A stretch of 64,000 nucleotides of DNA from Flavobacteriales bacterium (lineage in GTDB: Bacteria > Bacteroidota > Bacteroidia > Flavobacteriales > TMED113). The notes beneath the pieces are model-generated. The model saw only the letters and a list, made by a program, of their open reading frames with translations. It was not told the DNA's origin and did not search any database. Where the stretch lies: NCBI GenBank assembly GCA_002718895.1, contig PBGD01000019.1:29826-93825 (forward strand), written 5' to 3'. The translations under genes were made by a program, and so were the position numbers. Positions 49,150 to 58,834 of the stretch are shown here, one piece after another. The first letter of the stretch is position 1. Each line of letters starts with the position of its first letter.

Positions 49150-49896
49150 ATGAGTATATATAATAATCTGAATAAAAAATTGTTACCAAAACATATAGCT
49201 ATTATTATGGATGGAAATGGTAGATGGGCAAAAGAATTGGGGAAAAATAGATACTATGGACATGTTCAAGGCATTAAATCTATAAAAAAAACTGTTGATG
49301 CTATAATTAAATTAAAAATTCCGTATTTAACATTATTTGCATTTTCAAAAGAGAACTGGAACAGACCTAAAAAAGAAGTAAATTTATTAATGAACTTATT
49401 TATGTCTACAATTATTGAAAACCAAGATCATTTTTATAATAAAAAAATTAAAATAACCACTATAGGTGAATTAAATGATCTACCCAAACAATGCCAAAAA
49501 GCTTTAATTGAGATGATGAATAAAACAAAAAATAATGCTGTGTTAAATTTAACCCTTGCTTTAAGTTACAGTAGTAGAACTGAAATCACCCAGGCTGTTC
49601 AAAAAATGCTTAATGAAGAAAAACCAAAAAATAGCGCTGAAATTTCTGAAGCATTATTGTCAAGTTATTTACAAACAAAAGGAATACCGGACCCAGAATT
49701 ACTTATAAGAACAAGTGGTGAAAGAAGAGTTAGCAACTTTTTACTTTGGCAAATTGCTTTTTCAGAATTATATTTTAGTGAAAAAAAATGGCCTGATTTT
49801 AATGAAGAAGAGTTATATATGGCTATTTTTGAATTTCAAAAAAGAGAAAGAAGATTTGGGAAAACAACAGATCAGTTAAAAAATGAGATTAATTAA
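49150..49896 (+). CDS. uppS: Undecaprenyl diphosphate synthase (cis-prenyltransferase)
   Basis: 248 aa. Contains HIAIIMDGNGRWA and RTSGERRVSNFLLWQ. Confidence 0.95.
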   Translation: MSIYNNLNKKLLPKHIAIIMDGNGRWAKELGKNRYYGHVQGIKSIKKTVDAIIKLKIPYLTLFAFSKENWNRPKKEVNLLMNLFMSTIIENQDHFYNKKIKITTIGELNDLPKQCQKALIEMMNKTKNNAVLNLTLALSYSSRTEITQAVQKMLNEEKPKNSAEISEALLSSYLQTKGIPDPELLIRTSGERRVSNFLLWQIAFSELYFSEKKWPDFNEEELYMAIFEFQKRERRFGKTTDQLKNEIN

Positions 49897-52315
49897 ACTT
49901 ATAATATTTATATTTTTTTCTGTACTAATTTGCAATGGTCAAGAGCAATTTGTGTCTAAAACATATATATTAAGCGAAGTGCAAATAAGTGGGGAAAATA
50001 ATTTAAGTCCAAAATCAGTGATGACTTTAATGGGTCTCGAAATTGGGAAAAAAATCACAATTCCAAGTGAAGATTTGTCTAAAAGTATTAAAAAACTGTG
50101 GGAGCAAAATATATTTGCAGATATTCAAATTTCAAAAATTGAAAAGAATGAAAAAGAAATTATCCTAGATATTTACCTTAAGACAAACCCAATACTAACT
50201 AAATTTAAATTTGAGGGGATTAAAAAAAGTGAAGAAGACAATCTACGTGAAGAGTTAAAGTTTAAAATAGGAATGCCAATTAGTGAAAGTATTATCCAAA
50301 CATCTAAAAATAAAATAAGATCCTACTTTATAGAAAAAGGTTATCTAAATACTACTTGTTCTGCTTATTTAGAGGAAGACTCATTAAGTGGGGACAGAGT
50401 GAAAGTAGATTTCAAAATAAATAAAAATCAAAGAACTAAAATAGGAGAAATTCGATTTAGTGGCAATAATAGTGTCAAATCAAATAAGCTTAAAAAATTG
50501 ATGAAGGACACAAGGGAACAAAGTGTACGATTCCTTTTTTCATCGTCTAAATTAATTAATGAAAAATATAAACTTGACCTCAATAACATTATCAATTATT
50601 ACCACACACAAGGTTATCGAGATGCTAATATTAAACAAGATTCTATCTATATGACTGAAGATGAAAAACTTCTTTTAGAAATTAAAATTGATGAAGGTAG
50701 TCAATACTTGTTTGGTAATATATCATGGCTTGGAAATAAAAAATATGATTCAAAAAAACTAAGTCAAATGTTAGGCATTAAAAGAGGAGATGTATTTGAC
50801 ACAACCCTTTTAGACGAACGTTTAAATATGAGCAGGAATGGAGATGACATAAGTGCTTTATATATGGATGATGGTTATCTTTTTTTTCAAATTAATCCAA
50901 TAGAAACATCAGTAGATGAAAAGAATTATATAGACCTAGAAATGAGAATAAATGAGGGGAAACAAGCGATCATTAATAATGTTAAAGTTCAAGGAAATAC
51001 AAAAACAAATGACCATGTAATTATGCGAGAAGTCCGATCACTTCCCGGAGATTTATTTAAACGCTCAAATATTATTAGAACACAAGAAGAATTTAATAGA
51101 TTAGGTTTTTTTAACCCTGAAACTCTTGGTGTAAACCCTGTTCCCGATCCTAAATCAGGTAATGTAGATATAATTTATACAGTCGAAGAAAAACCCGCAG
51201 ACCAAATAGAATTACAAGGCGGATGGGGCAATGGTATGTTTGTAGGGTCATTCGGAATTAGCTTTAGCAACTTTTCAACATCTGGCATTTTTGATAAAAG
51301 TACCTGGGACCCATTACCAACTGGAGATGGTCAAAAAATAAGATTGAGAGCCCAATCTAATGGTACATATTATCAAAATTATAGCATCTCATTTGAAGAG
51401 CCATGGTTAGGTGGCAAAAAGGCAAATGCGTTTTCAATCGCACTATGGAAATCAATTCAGTCTTTTTCAGACGAAAATAAAATGCAAATATTCGGTGGAA
51501 GTATTGGCCTTGGAAAAAGATTAAAGTGGCCTGATGATTATTTTACTATTCAAAATAGCTTGAATATTCAACGATATGAAGTAACTGGATATGAATTTGG
51601 TGTATTTAATTTTATTGAAGGATACTCAAACAATATTAATTTATCAACTAGTATTATTCGTAGCTCAATTTTTAATCCTATATATCCAAGGTACGGCTCA
51701 AAGTTTTTAATTAATATTGAACTAACACCACCATATTCATTATTAAATAATAAAGACTATGAGCTATTAGAAGACTCTGAAAAATATAAGTTCCTAGAAT
51801 ACAAAAAAATTAAAGGAAAAGGTACATGGTTCAACCCTATTGTCGGAGACTTAGTGCTGAGATCCCATTTTGAATTTGGATTTCTATCAGGTTACAATGA
51901 TATTCTTGGGGCTCCTCCTTTTCAAAGATTCTATGTTGGTGGAGATGGACTTAGTGGGTACTCAATTGATGGTCGTGAAATAATTGCTTTAAGAGGATAT
52001 GAAAACAACTCATTGAGTGCTGATGGTGGCTCACCAATATACACTAAATATAATTTTGAATTAAGATATCCTATATCCTTGAATCCAAGTTCTACAATTT
52101 ATGCATTATGTTTTGCAGAAGCTGGTAATACTTGGAATAACCTAGAGGAATTTAATCCTTTTCAAGTTAAGAGATCTATGGGAATGGGTATTAGAATCTT
52201 TATGCCAATGTTTGGTATGTTAGGTGTAGATTTTGGACACGGTTTTGATAATAAGCCTGGATTTACCGAAAAAAGTGGGTGGCAAACACACTTTACTATT
52301 GGTCAACAATTTTAA
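49883..52315 (+). CDS. bamA: Outer membrane protein assembly factor BamA
   Basis: 810 aa with POTRA repeats and an Omp85 barrel; ends in ...HFTIGQQF. Shows uppS-bamA-skp synteny. Confidence 0.92.
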   Translation: MRLIKLIIFIFFSVLICNGQEQFVSKTYILSEVQISGENNLSPKSVMTLMGLEIGKKITIPSEDLSKSIKKLWEQNIFADIQISKIEKNEKEIILDIYLKTNPILTKFKFEGIKKSEEDNLREELKFKIGMPISESIIQTSKNKIRSYFIEKGYLNTTCSAYLEEDSLSGDRVKVDFKINKNQRTKIGEIRFSGNNSVKSNKLKKLMKDTREQSVRFLFSSSKLINEKYKLDLNNIINYYHTQGYRDANIKQDSIYMTEDEKLLLEIKIDEGSQYLFGNISWLGNKKYDSKKLSQMLGIKRGDVFDTTLLDERLNMSRNGDDISALYMDDGYLFFQINPIETSVDEKNYIDLEMRINEGKQAIINNVKVQGNTKTNDHVIMREVRSLPGDLFKRSNIIRTQEEFNRLGFFNPETLGVNPVPDPKSGNVDIIYTVEEKPADQIELQGGWGNGMFVGSFGISFSNFSTSGIFDKSTWDPLPTGDGQKIRLRAQSNGTYYQNYSISFEEPWLGGKKANAFSIALWKSIQSFSDENKMQIFGGSIGLGKRLKWPDDYFTIQNSLNIQRYEVTGYEFGVFNFIEGYSNNINLSTSIIRSSIFNPIYPRYGSKFLINIELTPPYSLLNNKDYELLEDSEKYKFLEYKKIKGKGTWFNPIVGDLVLRSHFEFGFLSGYNDILGAPPFQRFYVGGDGLSGYSIDGREIIALRGYENNSLSADGGSPIYTKYNFELRYPISLNPSSTIYALCFAEAGNTWNNLEEFNPFQVKRSMGMGIRIFMPMFGMLGVDFGHGFDNKPGFTEKSGWQTHFTIGQQF

Positions 52316-52352
52316 TTTACTAAATTTGCTTTGATTTATTAAAAATCATTTT

Positions 52353-52853
52353 ATGAGACTAATTACCTTTTTATTTTTAATATGTTCGTATTGCCTCAAA
52401 AGCCAGAATGTCGCCTATGTAGATAGCAGGTACATTTTAGATAATATACCCGAATTCAATATAGCGCAAGACGAACTAAACAATTTGTCACTAAAATGGC
52501 AAGAGGAAATTGATTTACTAAAGTCTGAACTTGATCAGAAATATCGAAATTATCAAGCAGAAAAATATTTGCTTCCCGAAAATAAAAAAGAGGAACGAGA
52601 AAATCTTATTATTCAAAAAGAACAAGAAATTAAAACATTAACAAAAAAGAGATTTGGTCCTGAAGGAGATCTATATCAAAAACAACAAGAACTAATACAA
52701 CCTATACAGGATTTAATTTATGGTGCAGTAAAAGAATTTTCAGATGAAGCTAAATATGATCTTATTTTCGACAAATCATCTGATTTAATAATGCTATTTG
52801 CAAACCCAGAATTAGATAAAAGTCAACAAATTTTAGAAAAACTAGGCTATTAA
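52353..52853 (+). CDS. OmpH/Skp-like periplasmic chaperone (copy 1)
   Basis: 166 aa with a signal peptide and a coiled-coil-rich OmpH pattern (YVDSRYILDNIPEF...). Downstream of bamA. Confidence 0.85.
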   Translation: MRLITFLFLICSYCLKSQNVAYVDSRYILDNIPEFNIAQDELNNLSLKWQEEIDLLKSELDQKYRNYQAEKYLLPENKKEERENLIIQKEQEIKTLTKKRFGPEGDLYQKQQELIQPIQDLIYGAVKEFSDEAKYDLIFDKSSDLIMLFANPELDKSQQILEKLGY

Positions 52854-52872
52854 TATTTTAAATAACATAAAA

Positions 52873-53379
52873 ATGAAGACATACATACTTACTATTTTTT
52901 TATTTCTATCAATAAATTACATTGGTTTATCACAACAACTATTTGGTCATATCAATTCACAAGAAATTATTTCAATTATGCCAGAAGCTGCAACAGCTCA
53001 ACTTGCGCTACAACAAGAACTAGAAGACTTACAAGAACAAGGGAAAATTATGGCAGAAGAATATGAATCTCAACTCAAAGATTTTCAAATTAACCAAGAG
53101 AATATGTCTGAAGCGATTAGAAATGATAAACTTAAGAGTCTTCAAGATTTAGAGGAAAGAATAACATTATTTCAGCAGTCAGCTCAACAAAGTATTCAAC
53201 TAAAAGAAGCAGAATTATTTGAACCTATACTAACTAAAATACAAAATGCGATTGATGAAGTAGCAAAAGATAAAGGCTATGCTTACGTATTTGATATTGG
53301 AGGCAATGCAGGCGGATTAGTTTATAAAAATGATTCATATGATATGACTAATTTGGTAAAATCTAAACTTAACTTATAA
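52873..53379 (+). CDS. OmpH/Skp-like periplasmic chaperone (copy 2)
   Basis: 168 aa with a signal peptide. Contains GHINSQEIISIMPE and GYAYVFD. Confidence 0.85.
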   Translation: MKTYILTIFLFLSINYIGLSQQLFGHINSQEIISIMPEAATAQLALQQELEDLQEQGKIMAEEYESQLKDFQINQENMSEAIRNDKLKSLQDLEERITLFQQSAQQSIQLKEAELFEPILTKIQNAIDEVAKDKGYAYVFDIGGNAGGLVYKNDSYDMTNLVKSKLNL

Positions 53380-53401
53380 ATACACTGCTTAAATTTACCA
53401 T

Positions 53402-54214
53402 TTGAATAAATTAAATCCCATAGGAATATTTGATTCAGGGATTGGTGGTTTAACTGTGGCACACGCGATTAACAAAGTTCTTCCAAATGAAGAAATTATA
53501 TATTTTGGAGATACTAAGCACTTGCCATACGGAAATAAAACTGAAAGCAAAATCAGATCCTACTCAAATCAAATCACTAATTTTCTAATAAGACAAAAAT
53601 GCAAAGCCATTATTATTGGTTGTAATAGTGCATCTGCTATTGCATTTAATTCTATTAAAGAAAGTAAAGGCAACGATGCTTTGATTATTAATGTTATTGA
53701 CCCTGTTATAAGATATGTTCAAAATGATTTAAGCATACGCAACATAGGAATTATTGGTACAAATGCTACAATTAAATCTATGACATACGAAAAAAAAATC
53801 TTAAATCTAAGGAATGATCTAAGAGTATCATCAATAGCTACCCCTTTACTAGCAAGTTTAATTGAAGGAAATAATAAAAATTGTGATATCAATAAAATTA
53901 TAAAAAGGTATCTTTATAACAAAAAATTTGCTAAAATAGATAGCTTGATTCTTGGTTGTACACACTACCCTATTATTCAAAATCAAATTAATGTATTCTA
54001 TAAAAATAGAATCAGGTTGATTAGTTCAGTAAACGTTATTGGGCAAGAAGTTAAAAAACAACTAAAAAAAAATGCACTTTTAAACCCCAATATTATTAAA
54101 AAAAACACAAAGCACAAGTTTTACGTATCTAATCTAACAGAGCCTTTTCAAGAAAAAACAAAATTATTTTTTCCACATTCTATTATTCTACAAGAAGAAA
54201 ATATTTTCTCGTAA
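53402..54214 (+). CDS. murI: Glutamate racemase (TTG start)
   Basis: 270 aa. Contains IGIFDSGIGGLTV and LGCTHYP. The frame opens only after the TAA at 53390-53392, so the TTG at 53402 is the only conventional start upstream of the conserved N-terminal motif. Confidence 0.92.
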   Translation: MNKLNPIGIFDSGIGGLTVAHAINKVLPNEEIIYFGDTKHLPYGNKTESKIRSYSNQITNFLIRQKCKAIIIGCNSASAIAFNSIKESKGNDALIINVIDPVIRYVQNDLSIRNIGIIGTNATIKSMTYEKKILNLRNDLRVSSIATPLLASLIEGNNKNCDINKIIKRYLYNKKFAKIDSLILGCTHYPIIQNQINVFYKNRIRLISSVNVIGQEVKKQLKKNALLNPNIIKKNTKHKFYVSNLTEPFQEKTKLFFPHSIILQEENIFS

Positions 54215-54252
54215 AAATATATTATATTACATGTATAATTATCATATAAATT

Positions 54253-54936
54253 ATGATGTCTATTTCAAAAGAAGAATTACAAAAAAAAGAAGAAGAATTA
54301 AAGACTCTTCAAGAAAAATATATTAAAGCCAAAAAAGAACTGGAAAACTATAAAGGACATAATCCATTACCAGATAAATACCCTTATTCTATTTACTCAG
54401 AATCGACTCCAAATCCTCTTGTTATGAAATTTGTTTCTAATAAGTTATTAGCTGATCACACCAAAGAATGTAAATCAATTAAAGATACTGGTGCTAATAC
54501 ATTACTTAGAAAACTTTTTTCATTTCCATTCATTCAGGAGATTTTCATTTCTAAAAACTATATTTCAATAAAAAAACATTCAAGCATAGAATGGCATGAT
54601 GTTACAAATCAATTGCGGATGTTTATTCAAGACGAGTTAAACAATAATATTAAAATTTATACTCCACCAATAGAAAAAGTAAAATTCACCAAAAATGACA
54701 GTAAAATAATTCAAGAAATAAATACTATCATAGAAAAAGAAATACGTCCTAACATCCAAATGGATGGAGGAGATATAGAAATTGTTTCTTTAGACAAAGG
54801 AGTTTTGAAAGTCATTCTAAAGGGTGCGTGTAGTGGTTGCCCCTCTTCACAAATAACTTTAAAAGATGGTATTATGAGATTACTTAAAGAAAAATGCCCT
54901 CGTCAAATATCTGAAGTAATTGCATTAAATGATTAA
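54253..54936 (+). CDS. NifU/Nfu-type Fe-S cluster scaffold/carrier with N-terminal coiled-coil extension
   Basis: 227 aa. Nfu_N-like PNPLVMKFV and C-terminal GACSGCPSSQITLK. Confidence 0.8.
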   Translation: MMSISKEELQKKEEELKTLQEKYIKAKKELENYKGHNPLPDKYPYSIYSESTPNPLVMKFVSNKLLADHTKECKSIKDTGANTLLRKLFSFPFIQEIFISKNYISIKKHSSIEWHDVTNQLRMFIQDELNNNIKIYTPPIEKVKFTKNDSKIIQEINTIIEKEIRPNIQMDGGDIEIVSLDKGVLKVILKGACSGCPSSQITLKDGIMRLLKEKCPRQISEVIALND

Positions 54937-56476
54937 AAATAAATCCGTGAAAAAAATTAAAAAAGTACTTGTCTCAGTATACAATAAATCTCAAATCATA
55001 CCATTTATCAAGATTCTAAATGAGAATAATATAGAAATTATTTCTACAGGTGGCACAAAAAAAATACTTGAAGAAAATAAAATAAGAGTTACTTCCGTTG
55101 AAAGCATAACGCAATATCCATCAATTTTAGGTGGTAGAGTAAAAACATTACATCCCAAAATTTTTGGAGGCATTTTAAATAGATCTGAGATACAAGCTGA
55201 TGTTGATGAACTTAAAAAACATGAGATTTCAACTATAGATATGGTTATAGTAGATTTATATCCTTTCTTAGAAACTACAAAGCAAACGAAAGATCATGAT
55301 AAAATAATTGAAAAGATAGATATTGGTGGAGTTTCGTTAATACGAGCTAGTGCGAAAAACTACAAGGAAGTTTTAATTATACCATCAATATCCTCCTCAA
55401 CTGAAATTTTACAAAAATTGATAAATCAAAATTTCTTTACTAGTTTAGAAGATAGACTATTTTATGCTAAAAAAGCTTTTGAAATAACTTCACAATATGA
55501 GATAGATATAGCAAAATACTTTGATAAATATAATACTGACACTAATAAATTAAGTAAAACATTTACTCATTACATCTCAAAATCACAAAAATTAAGATAC
55601 GGTGAGAATCCTCACCAGAAAGGAAGGTATTATGGCGATCTAGAAAAACTTTTCACCCAATTAAATGGTAAAGAATTATCATATAATAATTTATTAGATT
55701 TAGATGCTGCCATTAACTTAATGGAAGAATTTGATGAAACATCTTTTGGTATTTTAAAACATAATAATGCATGTGGATTTGCTACATGTGAAAACATTTT
55801 AAGTTCTTGGAATAAAGCACTAGCCGGAGATCCGATATCAGCATTTGGAGGGGTTCTAGTTACAAATTCACATGTTGACATTCATGTTGCAAAAGAAATA
55901 AATAAATTGTTTTTTGAAATTCTAATTGCTCCTTCATTTTGCGAAGAAAGTTTAGAGTTATTAAAAACTAAAAAAAACCGTATTATACTAAAGAAAAAAA
56001 ATATTAACTTAGGAGAAGTATCATTTCGCTCTGTGCTGAATGGTGTGTTAAGTCAAGATAAGGATCATATAACAGACGATGAAAATATAGAAACTGTGAC
56101 AGAAATAAATGCTTCAAAAAAACAAATGGAAGATTTAAAATTTGCAAGTAAAATTTGTAAACACACAAAATCAAATGCAATTGTTTTGGTTAAAAACAAA
56201 CAATTAATTGGATTAGGTTGCGGACAAACTTCAAGAGTAGATGCGCTAAATCAAGCTATTTTAAAAGCAGAAAAATTTGGATTTATACTTGATGGTTCCG
56301 TAATGGCATCGGATGCTTTTTTCCCCTTCCCAGATTGTGTTCAAATTGCTCAAACTAAGGGTGTTTCAGCAGTTATACAACCAGGAGGTTCAAAAAATGA
56401 TAATCTTTCAATAGATTATTGCAACAAAAATGATATGGCAATGGTATTTACTGGAAATAGACATTTTAAACATTAA
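54929..56476 (+). CDS. purH: Bifunctional AICAR transformylase / IMP cyclohydrolase
   Basis: 515 aa. Has an MGS-like N-terminus and contains YGENPHQKG and IQPGGSKND. Confidence 0.95.
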   Translation: MIKNKSVKKIKKVLVSVYNKSQIIPFIKILNENNIEIISTGGTKKILEENKIRVTSVESITQYPSILGGRVKTLHPKIFGGILNRSEIQADVDELKKHEISTIDMVIVDLYPFLETTKQTKDHDKIIEKIDIGGVSLIRASAKNYKEVLIIPSISSSTEILQKLINQNFFTSLEDRLFYAKKAFEITSQYEIDIAKYFDKYNTDTNKLSKTFTHYISKSQKLRYGENPHQKGRYYGDLEKLFTQLNGKELSYNNLLDLDAAINLMEEFDETSFGILKHNNACGFATCENILSSWNKALAGDPISAFGGVLVTNSHVDIHVAKEINKLFFEILIAPSFCEESLELLKTKKNRIILKKKNINLGEVSFRSVLNGVLSQDKDHITDDENIETVTEINASKKQMEDLKFASKICKHTKSNAIVLVKNKQLIGLGCGQTSRVDALNQAILKAEKFGFILDGSVMASDAFFPFPDCVQIAQTKGVSAVIQPGGSKNDNLSIDYCNKNDMAMVFTGNRHFKH

Positions 56477-56480
56477 AATT

Positions 56481-57521
56481 TTGAGAATATTTGATTTTTT
56501 TACAGAAGATATTGCAATTGACTTAGGAACAGCAAATACTTTAATTATTCATAATGATAAAGTAGTTGTAGATGAACCTTCCATTGTAGCAACTGAACTT
56601 AGAACAGGCAAGGTTATTGCTGTGGGAAATAAAGCGCAACAAATGCATGGAAAAGCACATAAAGGAATTGAAACTAATCGTCCTTTAAAAGATGGTGTTA
56701 TTGCAGACTTTGATGCGGCAGAACAAATGATTAAAGAATTTATTAAAAGCATTCCTTCATTACAAAATAAATTTTGGACTCCAAGCCTAAGAATGGTAAT
56801 TTGTATCCCTTCAGGAATTACTGAAGTTGAAAAAAGAGCTGTGCGAGATTCTGCTGAAATATCTGGAGCAAAAGAAGTGTACTTAATTCACGAACCCATG
56901 GCTGCAGCAATTGGTATGGGAATTGAAGTTCAAGAACCAAGAGGAAATATGATTATTGATATAGGCGGAGGGACAACAGAGATTGCGGTTCTTTCCCTTG
57001 GTGGTATTGTTAAGGATAAGTCTATTAAAGTAGCAGGTGATATTTTTACATCTGACATAGAATACTTTATGCGGAAAACACATAATTTAGTAATTGGTGA
57101 AAGATCTGCTGAAAGAATAAAAATTGAGGTCGGATCTGCCCTTGAAAACCTAGAAGATACTGATAAGGAAATACCTAATAATTGGGAAGTTCAAGGTCGT
57201 GACCAAACTACAGGGAAACCTAAATCTGTTGAAGTAACTTATAAAGAAATTGCCAGAGCATTAGATGCCTCGATCAAACAGATAGAAGACGCTATTATGC
57301 AAGCACTAGCTATGACACCACCAGAACTTGCAGCCGATATATATAATAGTGGCATTTATTTAGCAGGTGGTGGCGCTATGTTAAGAGGTTTAGATGCTAG
57401 AATAAAAAATAAAACTGATTTACCAGTTTATGTAGGTGAAGACCCCTTAAGAGCTGTAGTTAGGGGAACAGGTATTGCATTAAAAAATATAGATCAATAC
57501 GATGGTGTCTTAATGCGATAA
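56481..57521 (+). CDS. mreB: Rod shape-determining protein MreB (start re-assigned to the TTG at 56481)
   Basis: The ORF track starts at ATG 56430, inside purH. The TTG at 56481 gives (M)RIFDFFTEDIAIDLGTANTLI, matching the usual MreB N-terminus and length (~346 aa), and lies 4 nt after the purH stop. Confidence 0.9.
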   Translation: MRIFDFFTEDIAIDLGTANTLIIHNDKVVVDEPSIVATELRTGKVIAVGNKAQQMHGKAHKGIETNRPLKDGVIADFDAAEQMIKEFIKSIPSLQNKFWTPSLRMVICIPSGITEVEKRAVRDSAEISGAKEVYLIHEPMAAAIGMGIEVQEPRGNMIIDIGGGTTEIAVLSLGGIVKDKSIKVAGDIFTSDIEYFMRKTHNLVIGERSAERIKIEVGSALENLEDTDKEIPNNWEVQGRDQTTGKPKSVEVTYKEIARALDASIKQIEDAIMQALAMTPPELAADIYNSGIYLAGGGAMLRGLDARIKNKTDLPVYVGEDPLRAVVRGTGIALKNIDQYDGVLMR

Positions 57522-57525
57522 CAAA

Positions 57526-58344
57526 ATGAGTAGAATAATTCAATTACTCATAAAAAATCATGTTCTAATTTTATTTTTTTTCTTGCAAATAATATCATTT
57601 CAAATAATGAATTCAAAAAATTTCATTGTTGAATCTACATTGTCAAAAAAAATATCTGAGATTCGTGGTTTTATTTTCTTACAAAAGAAGAAAATAAATA
57701 CATATTTTCTATTAGAAAAAGAAAATAAAAGTCTAATAGAAAGAAACCGGGAATTAATTCACGAAAATTTCAAATTAAAACATCTTATTGAAGAAGAGAA
57801 AAACAATAAGATTGACAGTTTGAATCACACCAACATTACTTATCAAGCAAAAGTGGTGCAAAATACTTGGAAAAAAAAACAAAACCATATTATTATTCGT
57901 AAAAATCTAGAAAGTAATGTGAGGAAGAATATGGGAGTAATCGAAGGAAATAAATTAGTAGGTATTGTTCATAGCGTTAGTAATAATTTTGCAACTGTTA
58001 TTAGTTTATTGAACACAGACTTGATGATTAGCTCTAAATTAAAAAAAACAGGTCACTACGGCAGCATGAATTGGATGGGTGAAAATTTTCAAGAAATGCT
58101 ATTACTGGATATACCCAAACATGCAAAAATTGAAATAGGAGATACTATTATTACAAGTGGATACTCAAACATATTTCCAGAGGGAATAGATATTGGCACT
58201 GTTAAAAGTTATAAAGTTCAAGAAAACACAAATTTTTACCAAATAAAAGTAAATTTATTTGTTGACTTTACTAATATTAATTATGTGTATATTATAGAAA
58301 ATTCTGATAAAGAAGAACGTAAAATAATTGAAAAAAACCTATAA
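57526..58344 (+). CDS. mreC: Rod shape-determining protein MreC
   Basis: 272 aa with an N-terminal TM, a coiled coil and then beta-rich domains. Positioned between mreB and mreD. Confidence 0.88.
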   Translation: MSRIIQLLIKNHVLILFFFLQIISFQIMNSKNFIVESTLSKKISEIRGFIFLQKKKINTYFLLEKENKSLIERNRELIHENFKLKHLIEEEKNNKIDSLNHTNITYQAKVVQNTWKKKQNHIIIRKNLESNVRKNMGVIEGNKLVGIVHSVSNNFATVISLLNTDLMISSKLKKTGHYGSMNWMGENFQEMLLLDIPKHAKIEIGDTIITSGYSNIFPEGIDIGTVKSYKVQENTNFYQIKVNLFVDFTNINYVYIIENSDKEERKIIEKNL

Positions 58345-58834
58345 ATTGAAACGCTTTATATTTTTTTTATTTGTTATAATTATACAAATTTTTGTTCTGA
58401 ATAATATTCAACTCAGTGGCTATATTAACCCTTATTACTATATCATTTTTATTTTAACTATCCCTGCTCACACAAGCAAAGGTTTTTTTTTAATTCAAAG
58501 TTTTGTTATTGGATTTGTTATTGATATTTTCTCAAATTCATATGGTATACATTCATTTGCTTGTGTGCTTGGCAGCTATGCCCTATTAATACTTAAAAAT
58601 AGATCTAACAATTTAAAAGATGTTGAAGGAAATGTAATAACAACTGATCTGCCGATGAATAAATTTATATTTACATCAATGATATTTATTTTCACACATC
58701 ATTTTTCTCTTTTTTTCTTGGACACATTTTCATATCAATATATTTTTAAGCTAATGACAACTACATTATTAAGTAGTATTTTCACATTAATATTAATATT
58801 AACTCACAAGATATTTACAACAAGCAAAAAATGA
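58328..58834 (+). CDS. mreD: Rod shape-determining protein MreD
   Basis: 168 aa, polytopic. Sits in the conserved mreBCD position and overlaps both neighbours. Confidence 0.8.
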   Translation: MKKTYKLKRFIFFLFVIIIQIFVLNNIQLSGYINPYYYIIFILTIPAHTSKGFFLIQSFVIGFVIDIFSNSYGIHSFACVLGSYALLILKNRSNNLKDVEGNVITTDLPMNKFIFTSMIFIFTHHFSLFFLDTFSYQYIFKLMTTTLLSSIFTLILILTHKIFTTSKK

